NCBI GenBank assembly: GCA_964247055.1
Contig: OZ176060.1
Span: 1,798,001-1,862,000, forward strand
Source: Paragordius varius
Lineage: Eukaryota; Animalia; Nematomorpha
Reading direction: 5' to 3'
Length of the DNA: 64,000 nucleotides
The notes below the pieces were generated by a model. It searched no databases. It saw only the letters and a program-made list of their open reading frames with translations, and was not told where the DNA came from. Shown here piece after piece: positions 26,875-40,225 of this stretch. The translations under genes were made by a program, and so were the position numbers. Position 1 is the stretch's first letter, and each line of letters opens with the position of its first letter.

Positions 26875-28059
26875 ACTCCTATTTGTTTAGATTTTATTTT
26901 TCAGTTATCAAAAATTGTAGTTTTTTTCAAATTTTAGGTATTATATCTATCATAATAAATATAGTTATATGAAAAATATTAGGAAGTTAATTAACCTATA
27001 AAAAAATACATAAATATAAATGCAGTAGAATTCTTGGGGCAATTTACTATTTCTCTATTCGTAAATGAAAAACTATTGAGATCTTAAAATCCCTCTAATA
27101 ACAAGCAGAATTGCTAATTGCCATAATAGATGATATAAACTTTTTTTAAAATGCATACTTTACTTAATATTAAAGCAGCATAACAACACTTTCGCGTATA
27201 GAAAAAGAGTGTTTTTATAATCAGTCTATCAATAAAATGAAAAAAATTGTTTGTTGTCAGATCTAATTTAGCAAAAAAATTTGACCTGAGGTGATAACAC
27301 GAATTATATTAAAAAAAATTTGCATGTTCAATAAAATAGATCTATTCGATTTTAGTTAAATTTTTAGCAAAAGAATATTTTTCAAACATACATTTATTGA
27401 TTAATCAAAGATATAAAACTGCTAAATATTAGGATTTTCGAGTACATCGGCAGTTAAATAGTATATTTCTTTTACATCTGTAATAGACAACAAATTTCCC
27501 TGCCACTCGGGTTTTTTGCATCTGATAGTTAATATCATTTTAACAGAAAATTCAAAACAATAATATTTATAATTTAGCTAAAAATGTGCGGCGTTTAAAA
27601 AAATATTTTTTTTATGTTTTTACCTTAGTAAAATTTAAAATTGCATTAAAGTTCTTTGGATATTTGTGTGCTTTCTCGTCCTACCGATAGTTTATGATAA
27701 ATTACATTAAAAATGGAAAATAGCAATCTAGAAATCTTAAGACAAAAAGCCAAAACTTTATTAAACCTAAATTATCACTATATAATTTATTTAACAATAT
27801 AATTATAATTGTAAAATAGATAATTAATTTGGTTACCAATATTTATCTCATTTTTTTGCTTGCAAAATAAAAATTGTATTTATCTTAAATTTTTTCCGTA
27901 CGATTTCAATTTACAATAAAAATTCAAATTTATACGGACAAAACGTAAATAAATAAAGACAATGATACTTTATACTTGATTATTTTATATAACTCATTGT
28001 TTAATTTTTCGATTCAAATTATACTTGTATCCCAATAAAAATTATAAAAAAAGCCAAAA

Positions 28060-28474
28060 TATGTAAATTAAATTTCGTTTTGAAAAAAAAGTTCCATGTG
28101 AAACTATTTCGACGCCATTTTTATTTTACAAAATTTTTGCAAAATATCCTAATGATTTGCTAACGTTTAAACTAACTTCTTATTTAAAAATCTAACATGA
28201 TAGAAATAGAAAAAGTGGTTTATTTAGTATTACTTTTCAATTTAGCCAATTCACATATATTACGTTGACTAAATTTTTACTAATGAAAATAAGTAATATC
28301 AGGTATATTTAAATTAAAATTAATTATATATTTCGGTTTATTAATGTTATAAGAGTGCAAATACACATGGTTGTGATTCCTTCATATTTTTTATAGTATT
28401 TAATTTTAACAGGCCTGAAGTGACCAACTACCCCAATTTAAATAGAAAGACTATGAATGTGTTATATTTAAGTG
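28060..28474 (-). mobile_element. Partial copy of the TTAA-flanked MITE family (see 58272)
   Basis: Reverse complement of the 58272-58690 portion; ends AGTG|TTAA. Confidence 0.7.
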
Positions 28475-28659
28475 TTAAATTTGCAAAGTATAAATTTAAA
28501 ATTGGTGTCAATAAATTATATATTTTCCTTTGTAATTAAATAATTTATATAAATTAAAGTTTAAAGAATGATTGTGTTTTAGAAATAAATATTTGTCTTT
28601 ATATTTTTACGTTTTGTCAGCGTACAATTGTAGTTTATAATGTATTTTATTTATTTTAG

Positions 28660-30015
28660 AATTTAATGCCAGTACGCCAGCAATTTTAACATTTAACAAA
28701 GGTGCCGGCGCGCCGTGCCAATTCACATTGGGTGTCGCCTTATTTGGTGGAAACCAATTACGTAAACATTTTTTTTCAACCATCATCCATGTATTTGTCC
28801 TTAAAAAACATTTAAAATTTATATTTTTTGGATTATCCCAGAAGATATAAGTGATTTTGTTGTTATCTTATCAACAACGGGCAAAACTAGCCTACTTTTT
28901 TGAATCAAAAAAATAAGATATCAATGAAATCAAATGTACGATTTTTGGTTTTTTTAACATATCCTTTTCACTATAAAATTTTGTAAGGAAAAAATATGAT
29001 AATATTTTTGACTAATTAAATATTTCCTCTAGGTTATACTATTTTGCCAAATTTACAGTGTTACAACCACGACCCTAAAATTTCTAAATTTTTCCCCAAC
29101 ATACTTACCAAAATCTAGCTTCCTATTTAATCATTGCCTCGGTCTAATCACAAATTAGATAAATTCCGAGTTTTCTCGATGTTAGCTGCTGCGTAAAATA
29201 TGGGAATCACAAAAAAATGTTTTTTATTTGAGTTAACCTCAGTAGGCGAGACAATCGAAAATTCCAATGATTATATCAAATTATACCGACAAATTTTAAA
29301 ACATAAAGACAAATGATTTTTAAAAAGGCAGCTCTCTTTTTGTTAACGTGATTGTTTTAATAAGACATTGTTTTTGAATTACAAAGTAAATATTTAAATT
29401 ATACGGACAAAACGTAAAAATATAAGGACAATAATTTTTTTTAAAGACAACCCATTAATTCCTATTTTTTTATCGCCTTTATTTACAATTGTATATCGTG
29501 TTGATGTTAGCAATTTGCATCTCTGTTTCATACTTTTTTATTTAGAATAATAACTAAATTTAAAAAATCCAGTTTAAAAAGAATGGTTGTCTTTAAAAAA
29601 ATATTTGTCATTAATTAAAGCTTTGTCGGAATAATTTCAATTCTTATTCACTGCTAACACAATCAATTTCGTTTTTACTAATGTAAGGATTAATTTATAT
29701 AAGATAAAGTAAGGATTTAAAAAGTCTGTTTCTCAAAGAAGATTTGTTTTTAGGTTTTTATGATTTGTCCGTATATTGTAACATTTTTTCAAATTTTGTA
29801 CAGGAGTCAATTATGCGGGAGCTATGCCTATGGCTATGTTAAGTACAACAGATCCCATTGGAACAGCAATTACTCTAGGAGCGGCGCCTAATACTGGGGT
29901 CATAACCTTAACAAGCAACACTACTGTTCCGGCAAATTTCACGAGCTTTAATTTTGAAGCAGTACTGGCTGCTGCTGTCGCACCAACGCCCATAGTATTT
30001 GATGTAAGCTTATAA
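28660..30015 (+). CDS. 3' part of an Ala/Thr/Gly/Pro-rich, probably beta-strand protein, unknown function
   Basis: GC-rich exons 28660-28761 and 29804-30015 with strong acceptors, both phase 1: FNASTPAILTFNKGAGAPCQFTLGVALFGGNQLRVNYAGAMPMAMLSTTDPIGTAITLGAAPNTGVITLTSNTTVPANFTSFNFEAVLAAAVAPTPIVFDVSL*. Start exon not found. Confidence 0.6.
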
Positions 30016-30419
30016 TTTCTGTTTTACAGTAAAATTAATTAAAATTATACAAGGAAAATGTAAAATCATAAGGATTTTTTTTACAAGTCACCATACTTTT
30101 TCAATTAGAATTAACATTGGCAGAAAACGCAACTATATATTTAACATATTTTGGCCTATCATTGCGAATAGAGGTTATACTTCTTCTCCAATAATGGCTT
30201 ATGAAGTCATACATGGATTGTGTTACCAATTTACATGTTACTTACTTTTCTAGTAAAATAAAGCTATATTTAAACAAGTTAAAAAAGGTTTAGCTGTTTT
30301 TTGAATAGAATTTCTTTTGCTTTTACACTTTCTCTGTATAATTATTTACTGTACTATTTTCTAAATAATATATTTAAGTCCATAAGTAGAAATACAATAT
30401 TTTTCTTGGGTAGTTACAA

Positions 30420-31030
30420 TTTATAAATTTCCATTCGAGTCTTCTTCTTTGTTAGCGTTTATAAGAGCATAGATTTTTGTGGAGACGAGTTTAATTGAAG
30501 TGATATTATGCGATCGCTGTGTGGATGGCGAATTACCTATGAGTTGGCAAATGATTTGGTCACTTTTATGGCCATTCCGTTTCGTAAAAGGTATCATGAC
30601 CTGATTATAATAGGATGTGATTTTCATATTCTATGTGACCGTTTAAAGGGATGTGGGATTCTGCTATGCCTAATACACTGATGTCAAGTTTCACCATTTC
30701 TTTTATAATAACTTCGATTTTGTTGGTGGTGTCGCCTGAATTCCATGTGCCAATACGTAAAGACAAAACGTTGGAGTTAATTTTATTCGAAACAAGTAGT
30801 GTCTGATTTCGATTGGTTTAGATGATATAGAAAATGAGGTAGGAAAAATTATTGATGGATAAGTTTCTGATGAAGGATATGAGGAAAAAATGAGTTGTAT
30901 TTTTAATGATGAAAGGATGTAGGTATGAGGAAACAAATGAGTTTGTATTTTCGATGATGAATGATATAGGTAATTGGATAGAGATAGTGTTAAGAAAGAT
31001 AATTTAATAATCAGTTTATAGTTCAAATGA
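30420..31030 (-). mobile_element. RTE LINE 5' fragment (AP endonuclease N-terminus), same family as 21735-22900
   Basis: LRIGTWNSGDTTNKIEVII and KMVKLDISVLGIAESHIPLNGHIEYENHILL*SGHDT align with the ORF at 22457-22663. Confidence 0.75.
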
Positions 31031-31199
31031 ATATATTTTTTTTGAGAATGATGATCTAATGCTATTCAGATAAAAGTAGATGAAATGGTTGGTAAAAGCT
31101 TTTCTAATGCGTTAATTAAATGCTTTCATTAATGTAGAAAAAAAATACATCTTCAAAAATAATTGGTATTCCTTCTGGTGAGCAGGCATACCAAGCCTT

Positions 31200-31420
31200 T
31201 CCCACCGTCTTCTTTACCATTTTTAACTTTGGTCACATTACCAAAGCTAATGACTTGGAATCCCAACTAATGAGAGGCATGGTCGCAAGATCTAGGAAAC
31301 GTGAACGCTGCAAGATGTGCTGGATCAAAAACCTAACCAAAGAAACCAATCTTTTTTTACAACAGCTAACAGCACTCACTTACAATCGAATAAACTGGAG
31401 AAAATATACCTTCGAAAAAG
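31200..31420 (+). mobile_element. RTE LINE 3'-end remnant
   Basis: LESQLMRGMVARSRKRERCKMCWIKNLTKETNL resembles the RTE C-terminal G.V.G.R.RGR...W..NI motif. Confidence 0.5.
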
Positions 31421-32699
31421 CAATAATTTGACAACGATCTTTGCTATAATAATAAAATATGTATATTATTAAAGAAACATTATACCAAAAAACTTGATAT
31501 TTATTGATTTTAAAATCATCTTCTCTATCTTTAGGACTTATACTAATATCTGGATGCCCAATATCGTAACAATATGAGTTTAATGTTTGAGAACGCTAAG
31601 AAAACATTCAGAGACGTATTTTATTTACAAGCTTATACCATAAGGTTTCAAACTTTTCCAAAAATGGTTTACTATATCCATCGCCTTTAAAAATAAATTT
31701 GTTTTGTCAGTTATATTTGAAACCTCAATGTTTTTCGGTAAATCTTCAATATTTTTAGAATTTTTGAAGATAACGTATCTAAAATTTTAATCAAAATTAA
31801 TGGAATACCAGCCGGGAAAATTAAATTATAAACTTCTGATAACACATATTGTAACATATAAATAAAAATGTTATATGAAAACCGATGCTTTTGAAGTTAT
31901 CATATATGTATTGATAAGTTAGCTCGCTTATAATTTTTAAATTAACGAACCAGGTGTGTTCAACAGTTAACCTTTTTTAAGACTGATAAAAATTTACGAT
32001 TGTTCAGTCCTTTAAACTGTTTAAACATCATCGTATTTTTGTTGCTCAACATCCATATATAAATTAGAGTCATTTTTTGATACAGTAATTCAAATTATAC
32101 GGACAAAACTTAAAAATATAAAGACAAATTTTTTTTTAACACAACCCTTTTTCAAACCATAATTTTCCTACATCTACTTGATAACAATGATGTAATTTAG
32201 AGGACGAATAATTTACATACATCTTTATGTTGAACCAATAAGGAATGTTCAGTTGTCTTTCAGAAAAATTTGTCTTTAGATTTTTACGTTTTGTCCGTAT
32301 AATTTCAATTTTTATTTAAGGGAACCCACCATTAATTAATTTTTAGAGTTTATTTTATACATTTATAAGACTCTAAAATTATTCGAATTTGTTTGAAAAT
32401 AATACTTTATAAACAAATGAAACGATACATATTTTCCAATTGAGCGGACAGATCATACATTATTTTCTATTTATTTTATATGAGACTTTTTTAAATAAAT
32501 CATATATTTTATACTATTTACGAGTCGAAAATGAATTTTATTCTAAATTACTGTGCGCCTAATAATAAATTATCGCATGTTGTATTAATATTGCAACAAA
32601 ATAAACAGTATATTCAATTTTTCTTGCATAAATAATACTCAACCGATGCTATCTCATATATGCGGCCCACAAAGTTGTATGGACAGCCCTGTGAGTGTG

Positions 32700-33030
32700 T
32701 AATTAGAAGTTTACGTCTTTTAAATAAGTATTCCATTCTAGACAATTTTGTGACTTTCGATTTATTTGAGATAGGGTAAGGTTAGTAACTGATGATAATA
32801 TTGAGAAACCGCTTATTAGGGCGGCCTCTTTTGCAAGTCCCATCGACCAACCCAAGAAGAATGTTCGCGGGAATCGGATCGAATGATATGGCCCAAATAT
32901 TTCAATTGCTTCTAGATCACAGCGTCATATACTAGAAAATTTTGGTTTAAGGAAGTTTGGGCTCCCCTGAAGCAACAGAAATGTTACCCTATGAGCTAGC
33001 GACATTAACCTTAATGTCCGCAACATTTAA
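32700..33030 (-). mobile_element. RTE LINE 3'-end remnant
   Basis: KQLKYLGHIIRSD followed, after a frameshift, by G.VDGTCKRGRPNKRF. Confidence 0.6.
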
Positions 33031-33924
33031 AGAACATTTTTTTTGAACTTGATTTTATTGTATAAATCCTAAAATTACAATTCTAAAACATATAATTGAT
33101 TGTGTTATCATCTTGTATATATAAGTTCGACTTTTTTATATAAAATATTGATTTATATTTAAAACATATTAGAAGTGCAGCGATATTGAAGACCTCCTAA
33201 TTTTCGCTTTTTAGTCCACCGTGACATATTGGGGTAGTTTTATACCATTTTAATGCCCTAAATCCTATAAAAGCCAAATGGCGCCAAAAATATATAATCA
33301 AAATTTTCGAAATTTCCTTAAATGAAAGATTTGAGGCTATAGATCTTTGACTGCATCAAATTGTATGGGAAATGTATTCTATTGGATGTTTTAAATTTGC
33401 GATTTGGTGCAAATTATCAAAATATTTTCTTTTATACATAAGGTTTATAATTTTTTGTTAAAGGTGATATATTGAGTAAACTTTTTATATAGAATTAATA
33501 TATGATTGTGTTAATAAAAATTATAATCTTTTACTTAATAACAAGTTTTCATAATTCAATTCAATGCTAAATTGGGATTTTTAGCTTATGGACACTGAGA
33601 AAAAAATTCAAAATTTGATGATAATATTTTGCGTCTGAAATTATCCTTATGCTATACTTAGACAATATGATTTAGTTGACGCGTTTTTTTATTGTATATA
33701 ATTTTAGTTGGCCTAATGTGCAATATAAATGAGTTTTTCCCATTTTGGCTATTGACAGAAAAAACTAAATAATTTTTTCTATTATATTAACCGAATATAT
33801 CATTTCTATATTCCTTATCCTGAAGCCTTTAGCTATCATTTTATATATGATTCTCTAACCTTTATTTTTTGCTACTTACCGTGTAATGGGAAAACGTATT
33901 TAAGCCCAAATAGACCAATGTATA

Positions 33925-34191
33925 ACAGTTCAAATTCACCCTTAAACAAAGCAAATTCATTCTAAAAATAAATTATATGTTTTCCTAACTCATTTAATTA
34001 AAAATTTATCTTTGTGGCATAGTTTATTATTTTTTCAATATCAATTTAATTTAAAACAAATTTTTTTTAAATAATATATAAAAATATAAATAAATTTTAA
34101 TCCTAAAATATATATAATTTATTTACAGGTAAATTTAAACTCTTCGAGGGTGAATTTAAATTGTTAAAGGGTGAATTAGGGTTGTAAATGG
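33925..34191. mobile_element. Degenerate foldback MITE of the 21-bp-repeat family
   Basis: Left AACAGTTCAAATTCACCCTTAAAC; right GGGTGAATTTAAATTGTT...GTAAATGG. Confidence 0.55.
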
Positions 34192-34521
34192 ATTTGGTTA
34201 TAAAATTGTTTAAAAATCTGTTTTATTTAACAGATTGACTTAATAATCTAAATTAAAATAAGTTATCAATTATAACGTAATATAAATTTATTTTAAAAGA
34301 TTTATTCCATAAGCATAGAGAATGGTGTAATAATGTATCAATCATATTTTGATCAAAATATGGATTATCAAAAAATGCAAGCTATATTTGCAAATCATAA
34401 AAAAACGACACATTTTATTTTAAATAAAGTTTGAAAACAAAATATTATAAATTTTTATTTTTATATAAAGCATTATATAAAATCAAATTCAATTATGTAC
34501 ATTATGCTTGGTAAGACTTCT

Positions 34522-35751
34522 TTATCGGTATATTTCTTTTGAGAAACCGGACATTCTTATTTTTTCGTGAACAGATTTAATGTGCGTTGCAAGATAGCTT
34601 TTTCTAGAAAAATCTGTTTTACAAATCGGACATGGATATCTAATTTGTTCTGCGTTGCAAGATAGCTTTTTCTAGAAAAATCTGTTTTACAAATCGGACA
34701 TGGATATCTAATTTGTTCATGAACAGATTTAATGTGCGTTGCAAGATAGATTTTTCTAGAAAAATCTGTTTTACATATCGGACATTGATATCTAATATGT
34801 TCATGAATTGAATTGATGTGCGTTACAAGTGAGCTTTTTCTAGAAAAATCTGTTTTACAAATCGCACATGGATATTTAATTTGTTCATGAACAGATCTAA
34901 TGTGCGTTGCAAGATAGCCTTTTTGAGAAAATTCAGTTTTACATATCGGACATGGATATCTTATTTGTTTATGAACAGATTTGTGTCTTGAAAGTGAGCT
35001 TTTCTGGGAAAATTTGGTTTTACAAATCGGACATGGATGTTTAACTTGTTCATGAACAGATTCAATGTGCAATGCAAGATTGTATTTTAGTGAAAAACCA
35101 GCCTTACATATCGGGCATTCATATTTAATTTTTTTGTGTACAGATTTGATGTGTGTTGCAAGATAGCTTTTATGAGAAAACATTTTTGAACAAATTTCGC
35201 ACGGATATTTAATGTGCTCATGTACCGAACGAATATGCTTGTTCAAGCTTTTAGTCATATAAATCTTATCACATTGAATACATCGATAATTATGATCAAA
35301 TTTTGTAGAGTTTAATGACTTAATAAGCTTTGCATTATTATTAAAAAGCTTGATAATATTACTATTTATTTTAACATTCGCACACATCGGAGTAATTTGC
35401 ATTACGTTTTCCGATGGTTTTTTAGCGAAAGATCTAAAGGCTCAGTCTGCTCTCCTACCAAATCAATTATCAAGTCGTTTTTGTTGATTTTGGGAATGAT
35501 ATGAATTTTATCATCTAAGCTAATATTTTGTTGCGTATTTTCGCTTTTATGTTCCCTTGAATAACAAAGGTTATGGAAAGAAGCGTTCAGAATTCTCCGT
35601 AAGTCATCATTTGTGAAGTCTTCAGTTTCCAACATATTAGTAAAAGATGCCGGTTTACATGGATCAATATACTTTTCTTGTTGATTTTTGAGTTCTACTT
35701 TATAAAGCTTAGTATCGAGATCACACCAAAGTTTGTAAGTTGAGTCGCCGA
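34522..35751 (-). pseudogene. C2H2 zinc-finger array (9 fingers) with PLDLS motif and two frameshifts
   Basis: Acceptor at 35752, then open frame through EQTEPLDLSLK. An A6 run (35418-35423) lacks one base needed to continue into ORF 34557-35402. Fingers are C-X2-C-X12-H-X4-H with EQIRYP-type linkers (87-bp units). A 16-nt deletion at 34650/34651 removes the His pair of finger 8 and shifts finger 9 out of frame. Confidence 0.8.
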
Positions 35752-36253
35752 CTAAAAATTTTTTCAGATATGTAATTTAAAAAGTCAAGTTATCAATGAA
35801 GAAACTAAAAATTTTAACACAGGAAAGATAAGACCTATTTATAAGTTATTACTATAAAATTGTTGATGCATAGATTATTCATATAGTAATGGTTGAAAAT
35901 ATACACACAAAATGTAAATACATAAAGAAACCATAAAACTAAAACTTTTCAGCATAAACTATAATATTATGTGTGATATCTCAAATTCATAATATTAACA
36001 ATTACATCTCTATCCCCTATTTTGTAACAAGTGTTAGAATATAATGTATGGCTGTCAAAATTATATTTAGTGTTTTCCCTTCTATTTGTAAGTTTTTGGA
36101 TTATACCGTTATTAGATTTAGTCTTAAATTTTGACTAAAATAAAAATTATCTAATATTAATGTAAGGTTGCAGAAAGTGGCGGATTGATAATAAATTATT
36201 TTTAATAAAATAATTAACTTCACAAATGAGACACTTATTATATTGAAGATTAA

Positions 36254-36690
36254 CACTTGGATACAACACATTCATTTTAGTCCTTTGATATAAATTGGGT
36301 AGTCAAATACCCCAGGCCCGTTTAAAATTGAATTCTTTAAAAAATATGGACGGAATCAAAACTATGGTTTGCGCTTTCATAACATTAGTAAACCGAAATA
36401 TATAAAATATTTTTTCAAAAATAATTGGTAATACTTATTTTAAGCTAAAACCGAAAGGTAAAAATTTGGTCCACGTGACATGTGTGCAATGATCGAAATA
36501 AAAAAAGAATACAAAATAAACCGCCTTTTCTATTTCTATCAATGTTAGATGTAATTTAAATAAAAATTAGCTTTGATTTTACGCTTAAAATTAAATGAAG
36601 ACCATACTTTGAAAAAATTTTGTAATTTATACAATTTATTTTAGATTAAAAGCATAAATTTAAATGGAACCGTTTCCTTCGGCACTCCAA
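36254..36690 (+). mobile_element. 3'-truncated copy of the TTAA-flanked MITE family
   Basis: TTAA|CACTTGGATACAAC start; colinear similarity to 58272-58780. Confidence 0.7.
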
Positions 36691-38114
36691 TTCGAATCGA
36701 AGAGTTAATTAAAAGTTTAAAAATCAAACAATTTAATATTTTTCTCAAAAAAGCGGTGTTGTTTTGAAAATGATATAAGAATATAAAACAAAAGTATAGT
36801 AATTAATATTTTTACAAATTATTTTAATAAAAATTTATATTAATAATATTAGGTATGTATTAGGATGAGTATTTGTTAAAATATTGAGATAGATTAAGAA
36901 TTTGTTCACGATTTATACATAAATTTTTTAACCAAAAATAATTAATAATAAAACGAATCATATCAAAATAAAAAAATATAAAATTACAAAATTTCCAAAT
37001 CTAAATAATCATCTAAAAATAATATATATTAACTATAATGATTAATAGGTTCTATTATATTTAAAAACAAGATAATTAATATTATTTAAAAAAATATTTA
37101 AATTTTTTTTCTAAACAAATTATTTTGATATTATATCACAAAAAATATAATAATTAAAGATAACGTTTAAATTAATATTTAAATAAAATATGATTTAATA
37201 AATAAATTAATAAAACCATGTAATATATAAATACCCATTTTCCAAATAAATTTATATTTTTTCTGATAACAAAAAGTAGACATTTTAAAAAAACCGTTGG
37301 TAATTTAATCGTCTGTCGTTTCACATATTATATTTAAATTATTTTTCAATTAATTTTGGGTTTGATTTTAAAATAAAATAATTTTTTAATATTTTTAATT
37401 TATATATATAATTTTAAATTTACTATAAAAGGCTATATTGAATTTTTTTAATTTAATTACGAATTTATTTTTTAATAATATAAATAAATTTAACAATAAA
37501 TTATTTAAATAATAATATTATTAAATAGTTTTGATTTACATCAAGCACTTACTAAATCTTAATACTTTTTAGAATTACCAAATTATATTTATTAATATTT
37601 TTAATTATTTTCTAAAATTATAATAAAAAATATAAAATTTATTTTTGATAACGTAAAATTTAATGCAAATTAATGATATTTTTTATTTATCAGAGAAAAT
37701 CTGTCAATCCTTTTTTAAACATGAATATTTAAAAAAAAATATTAAGAAGGTAACATGAAAGAAAGTAAAAATATTTTAATCGGGATATCTTTTTTTGCGA
37801 TTTTCCGCCAAATAAAAGTTTGGCTTATTTATATTTTATAGGAGACATTTTTATAAATAAAATGCTTATTATGAATTAAACTATCTCTTCTAAAGAATAA
37901 AAAATACTTTTAGTGTTATAATTAAATATAAAATTATTTAATGGTTGACAAATATGATTATAATTCTATTATTATATAATAAAAAATTTATTTTAAACCT
38001 TTTTACATTCAATATAGATAGGATCATCCACATTGATTTTGTACATCTTATTTCTTATTAATGATGTTTGGAATACAATATGGTATTCCTGCTGTAGAAA
38101 AATATTTTATTTAA

Positions 38115-40225
38115 CTAGCTAGCCCTGTCACGCTTCGCATGGCATAGTCTCTTCAATAATATTCTTAATATTTTGCAGTATAGGTAAGGGAAAATAAAAA
38201 ACATATTTTATCAAGAGAATGTCTTAAAGTATTAATCTTTTACAGGTTTTTGCATAGGCTCAAATATTGACTCAAAAATGACAATATTTATGTCCCTTAA
38301 TAAGGTTAATATTCAACTATTATTGGATATGTTTTAGGATTTTCGTTTTACGAAATCATGATTAAAAATGTTATTTTGAAATTATACTGGGATTAAGGGG
38401 TATAAAAAGTAAATCATTTGTGGTCCTTTTTAAAAAGAATGATATTATACGAATTCCTCAGAATTGTATTAACTGAACTCGTATGGCCTCTTTATTTAAA
38501 ATTTAGCTCCAAAACCACGCCATTTTTGTATGGAGTCTAAGTCTTAAAACGGTAGCCCCCAACCCATAGACCTGGATGGAAAAAGCACTGAGTTAAATTC
38601 TTTCCTTTTTAGGACAAATATTTGCAATCATCTTTGATACCATCATCTCATGGGTTATTTAAAAATTACTCAACACTTAATTCATCGTTATATGATGGCA
38701 TAGCATATAGGCCCCAACGGCTAATATAAAACGCCTGACCTTAATTTTTACCTAGTTACGGATAATATTTCAAGCTTCCAATGAGCTCATATGGCTTCAT
38801 AAATTTTCTGTAAACTAGCTCAAAAACAACGCAATTTCTATGTACTGGCGCAGTTTTTGTCCGACAGCTCCTACAGGGCAATAAAATGGCGTTGGCCAAA
38901 ATTTTTGCCTTATATGGGGAATATCTTGAATTATCATGGATTCCATATGTTCCAATTAGACTAAAAGCTGAAATTTGGCTCCAAAGGCATGCTGTATATG
39001 TATAATGACGCACGGGGGTAACCCTCTAACCTGGGGCGAAACAAAAAAAAACGCTCGATTAAAATTTTACTTAATTACCTGGAATCATGATAAATTCTAT
39101 ATGCTCTCGATTTTCCAAAAATTTTCTTAAAACCAATAAGTCATATGGTGGCTCATTTTCAGTGCGAAGGCCTAATTAAGGGGTAATTTAATAAAATCAT
39201 TTTATTAATATTTTTGCCTGTTTACAAGTAATATGTCAGGCCCTTATTAATTAACTTTTATGGCTTGATATGTTTTCTTAAAGGTATCTCCTAAACAAAG
39301 CAATTTTGATATAGTGGCGCAGTTATAGGCGGGCAGCCCCCTACCCAAAAGCCAATATAAAAAGCGTTCCATAAAATTATTTGCTTTTATAGGGGAATGC
39401 CTCTAACCATTAAATCCATATGTTATCATAGGTTTTCGGAAGAATGGTTTCAAAACTAAATAATAGTTCAATGATAGCGCATATCTTAGGGCGTTAAGGA
39501 ACGGCTAATTTAAAAAAACCGTTCGACTTAAATTATTGCCTTTTTACGGTAATATTTTAGGCCCTTAATAAACTTATCTTAAAAGTAACTCCTAAATTTC
39601 GATATGGTGGCGCAGTTTTAGGCAGGTAGTTCCTACCAGAAGCTAATAAAAACGCTTTATTAAATTTTTTGCCTTTCTACGGAAAATACCTGGAATCATG
39701 AATGATTACATATGCCTTTCATTAGTTTTTGGAAAATTACCTCAAAACTAAGAAATCATTCTTTAACGGCTAAAAAAACCACACGACTTAAATTTTTGTC
39801 TTGTTACGGGTAATATTCTAAGCACATATTTAACTCATATGGCATGAAGGTTTTTGAAACTTAGCCCTAAAGGCACGCTATATCGATATGACGATTTTGA
39901 ATAAAATGGCATTTTACGGGGGGAGCGGGTTAAAAGAGGGCCTAAATTAAATAAGCGAGCCGACTATGTTCGGCCCAATCTAATAGTAAAAAAAACATAT
40001 TTGACGCTTTCCAGAAAATTGTTGCAAAGACACGATTTTTGTGGACTTGTGTTTTCAAAAAAACCCGTTTTTACACGATGTGGTCTCGAACTGGGGGCCT
40101 AATCAAAAAGGGCGAAGCCATGTCGGGGCATTCATTAATGATTAGAGTTTTTCGACATTTTGATTTGAATGGGTTTACCGGTTTTCAAGAAACAGATCAA
40201 GCATTTTCCATTTTTATAAATAAAT
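38115..40225 (-). mobile_element. Non-autonomous Helitron-like element, copy B, with amplified internal tandem repeat
   Basis: Same CTAG terminus and hairpin, and same opposite end, as 7259-8498; about 4-5 diverged 300-450-bp internal units (marker motif at about 38500, 38815, 39290, 39590, 39860). Confidence 0.65.

Noticed and set aside
28283-28474. Apparent upstream exons (MKISNIR-PEVTNYPNL) for the 28660 gene
   Set aside because: Both fall inside a reverse-oriented copy of the TTAA-flanked MITE.
29811-29993. Minus-strand ORF MGVGATAAAST
   Set aside because: Antisense shadow of the GC-rich plus-strand exon, which has the better splice acceptor.
13288-32830. CTGATGA...GAAA hammerhead-like cores at 13288, 30872 and 32790
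   Set aside because: None can form stem II or flanking stems.
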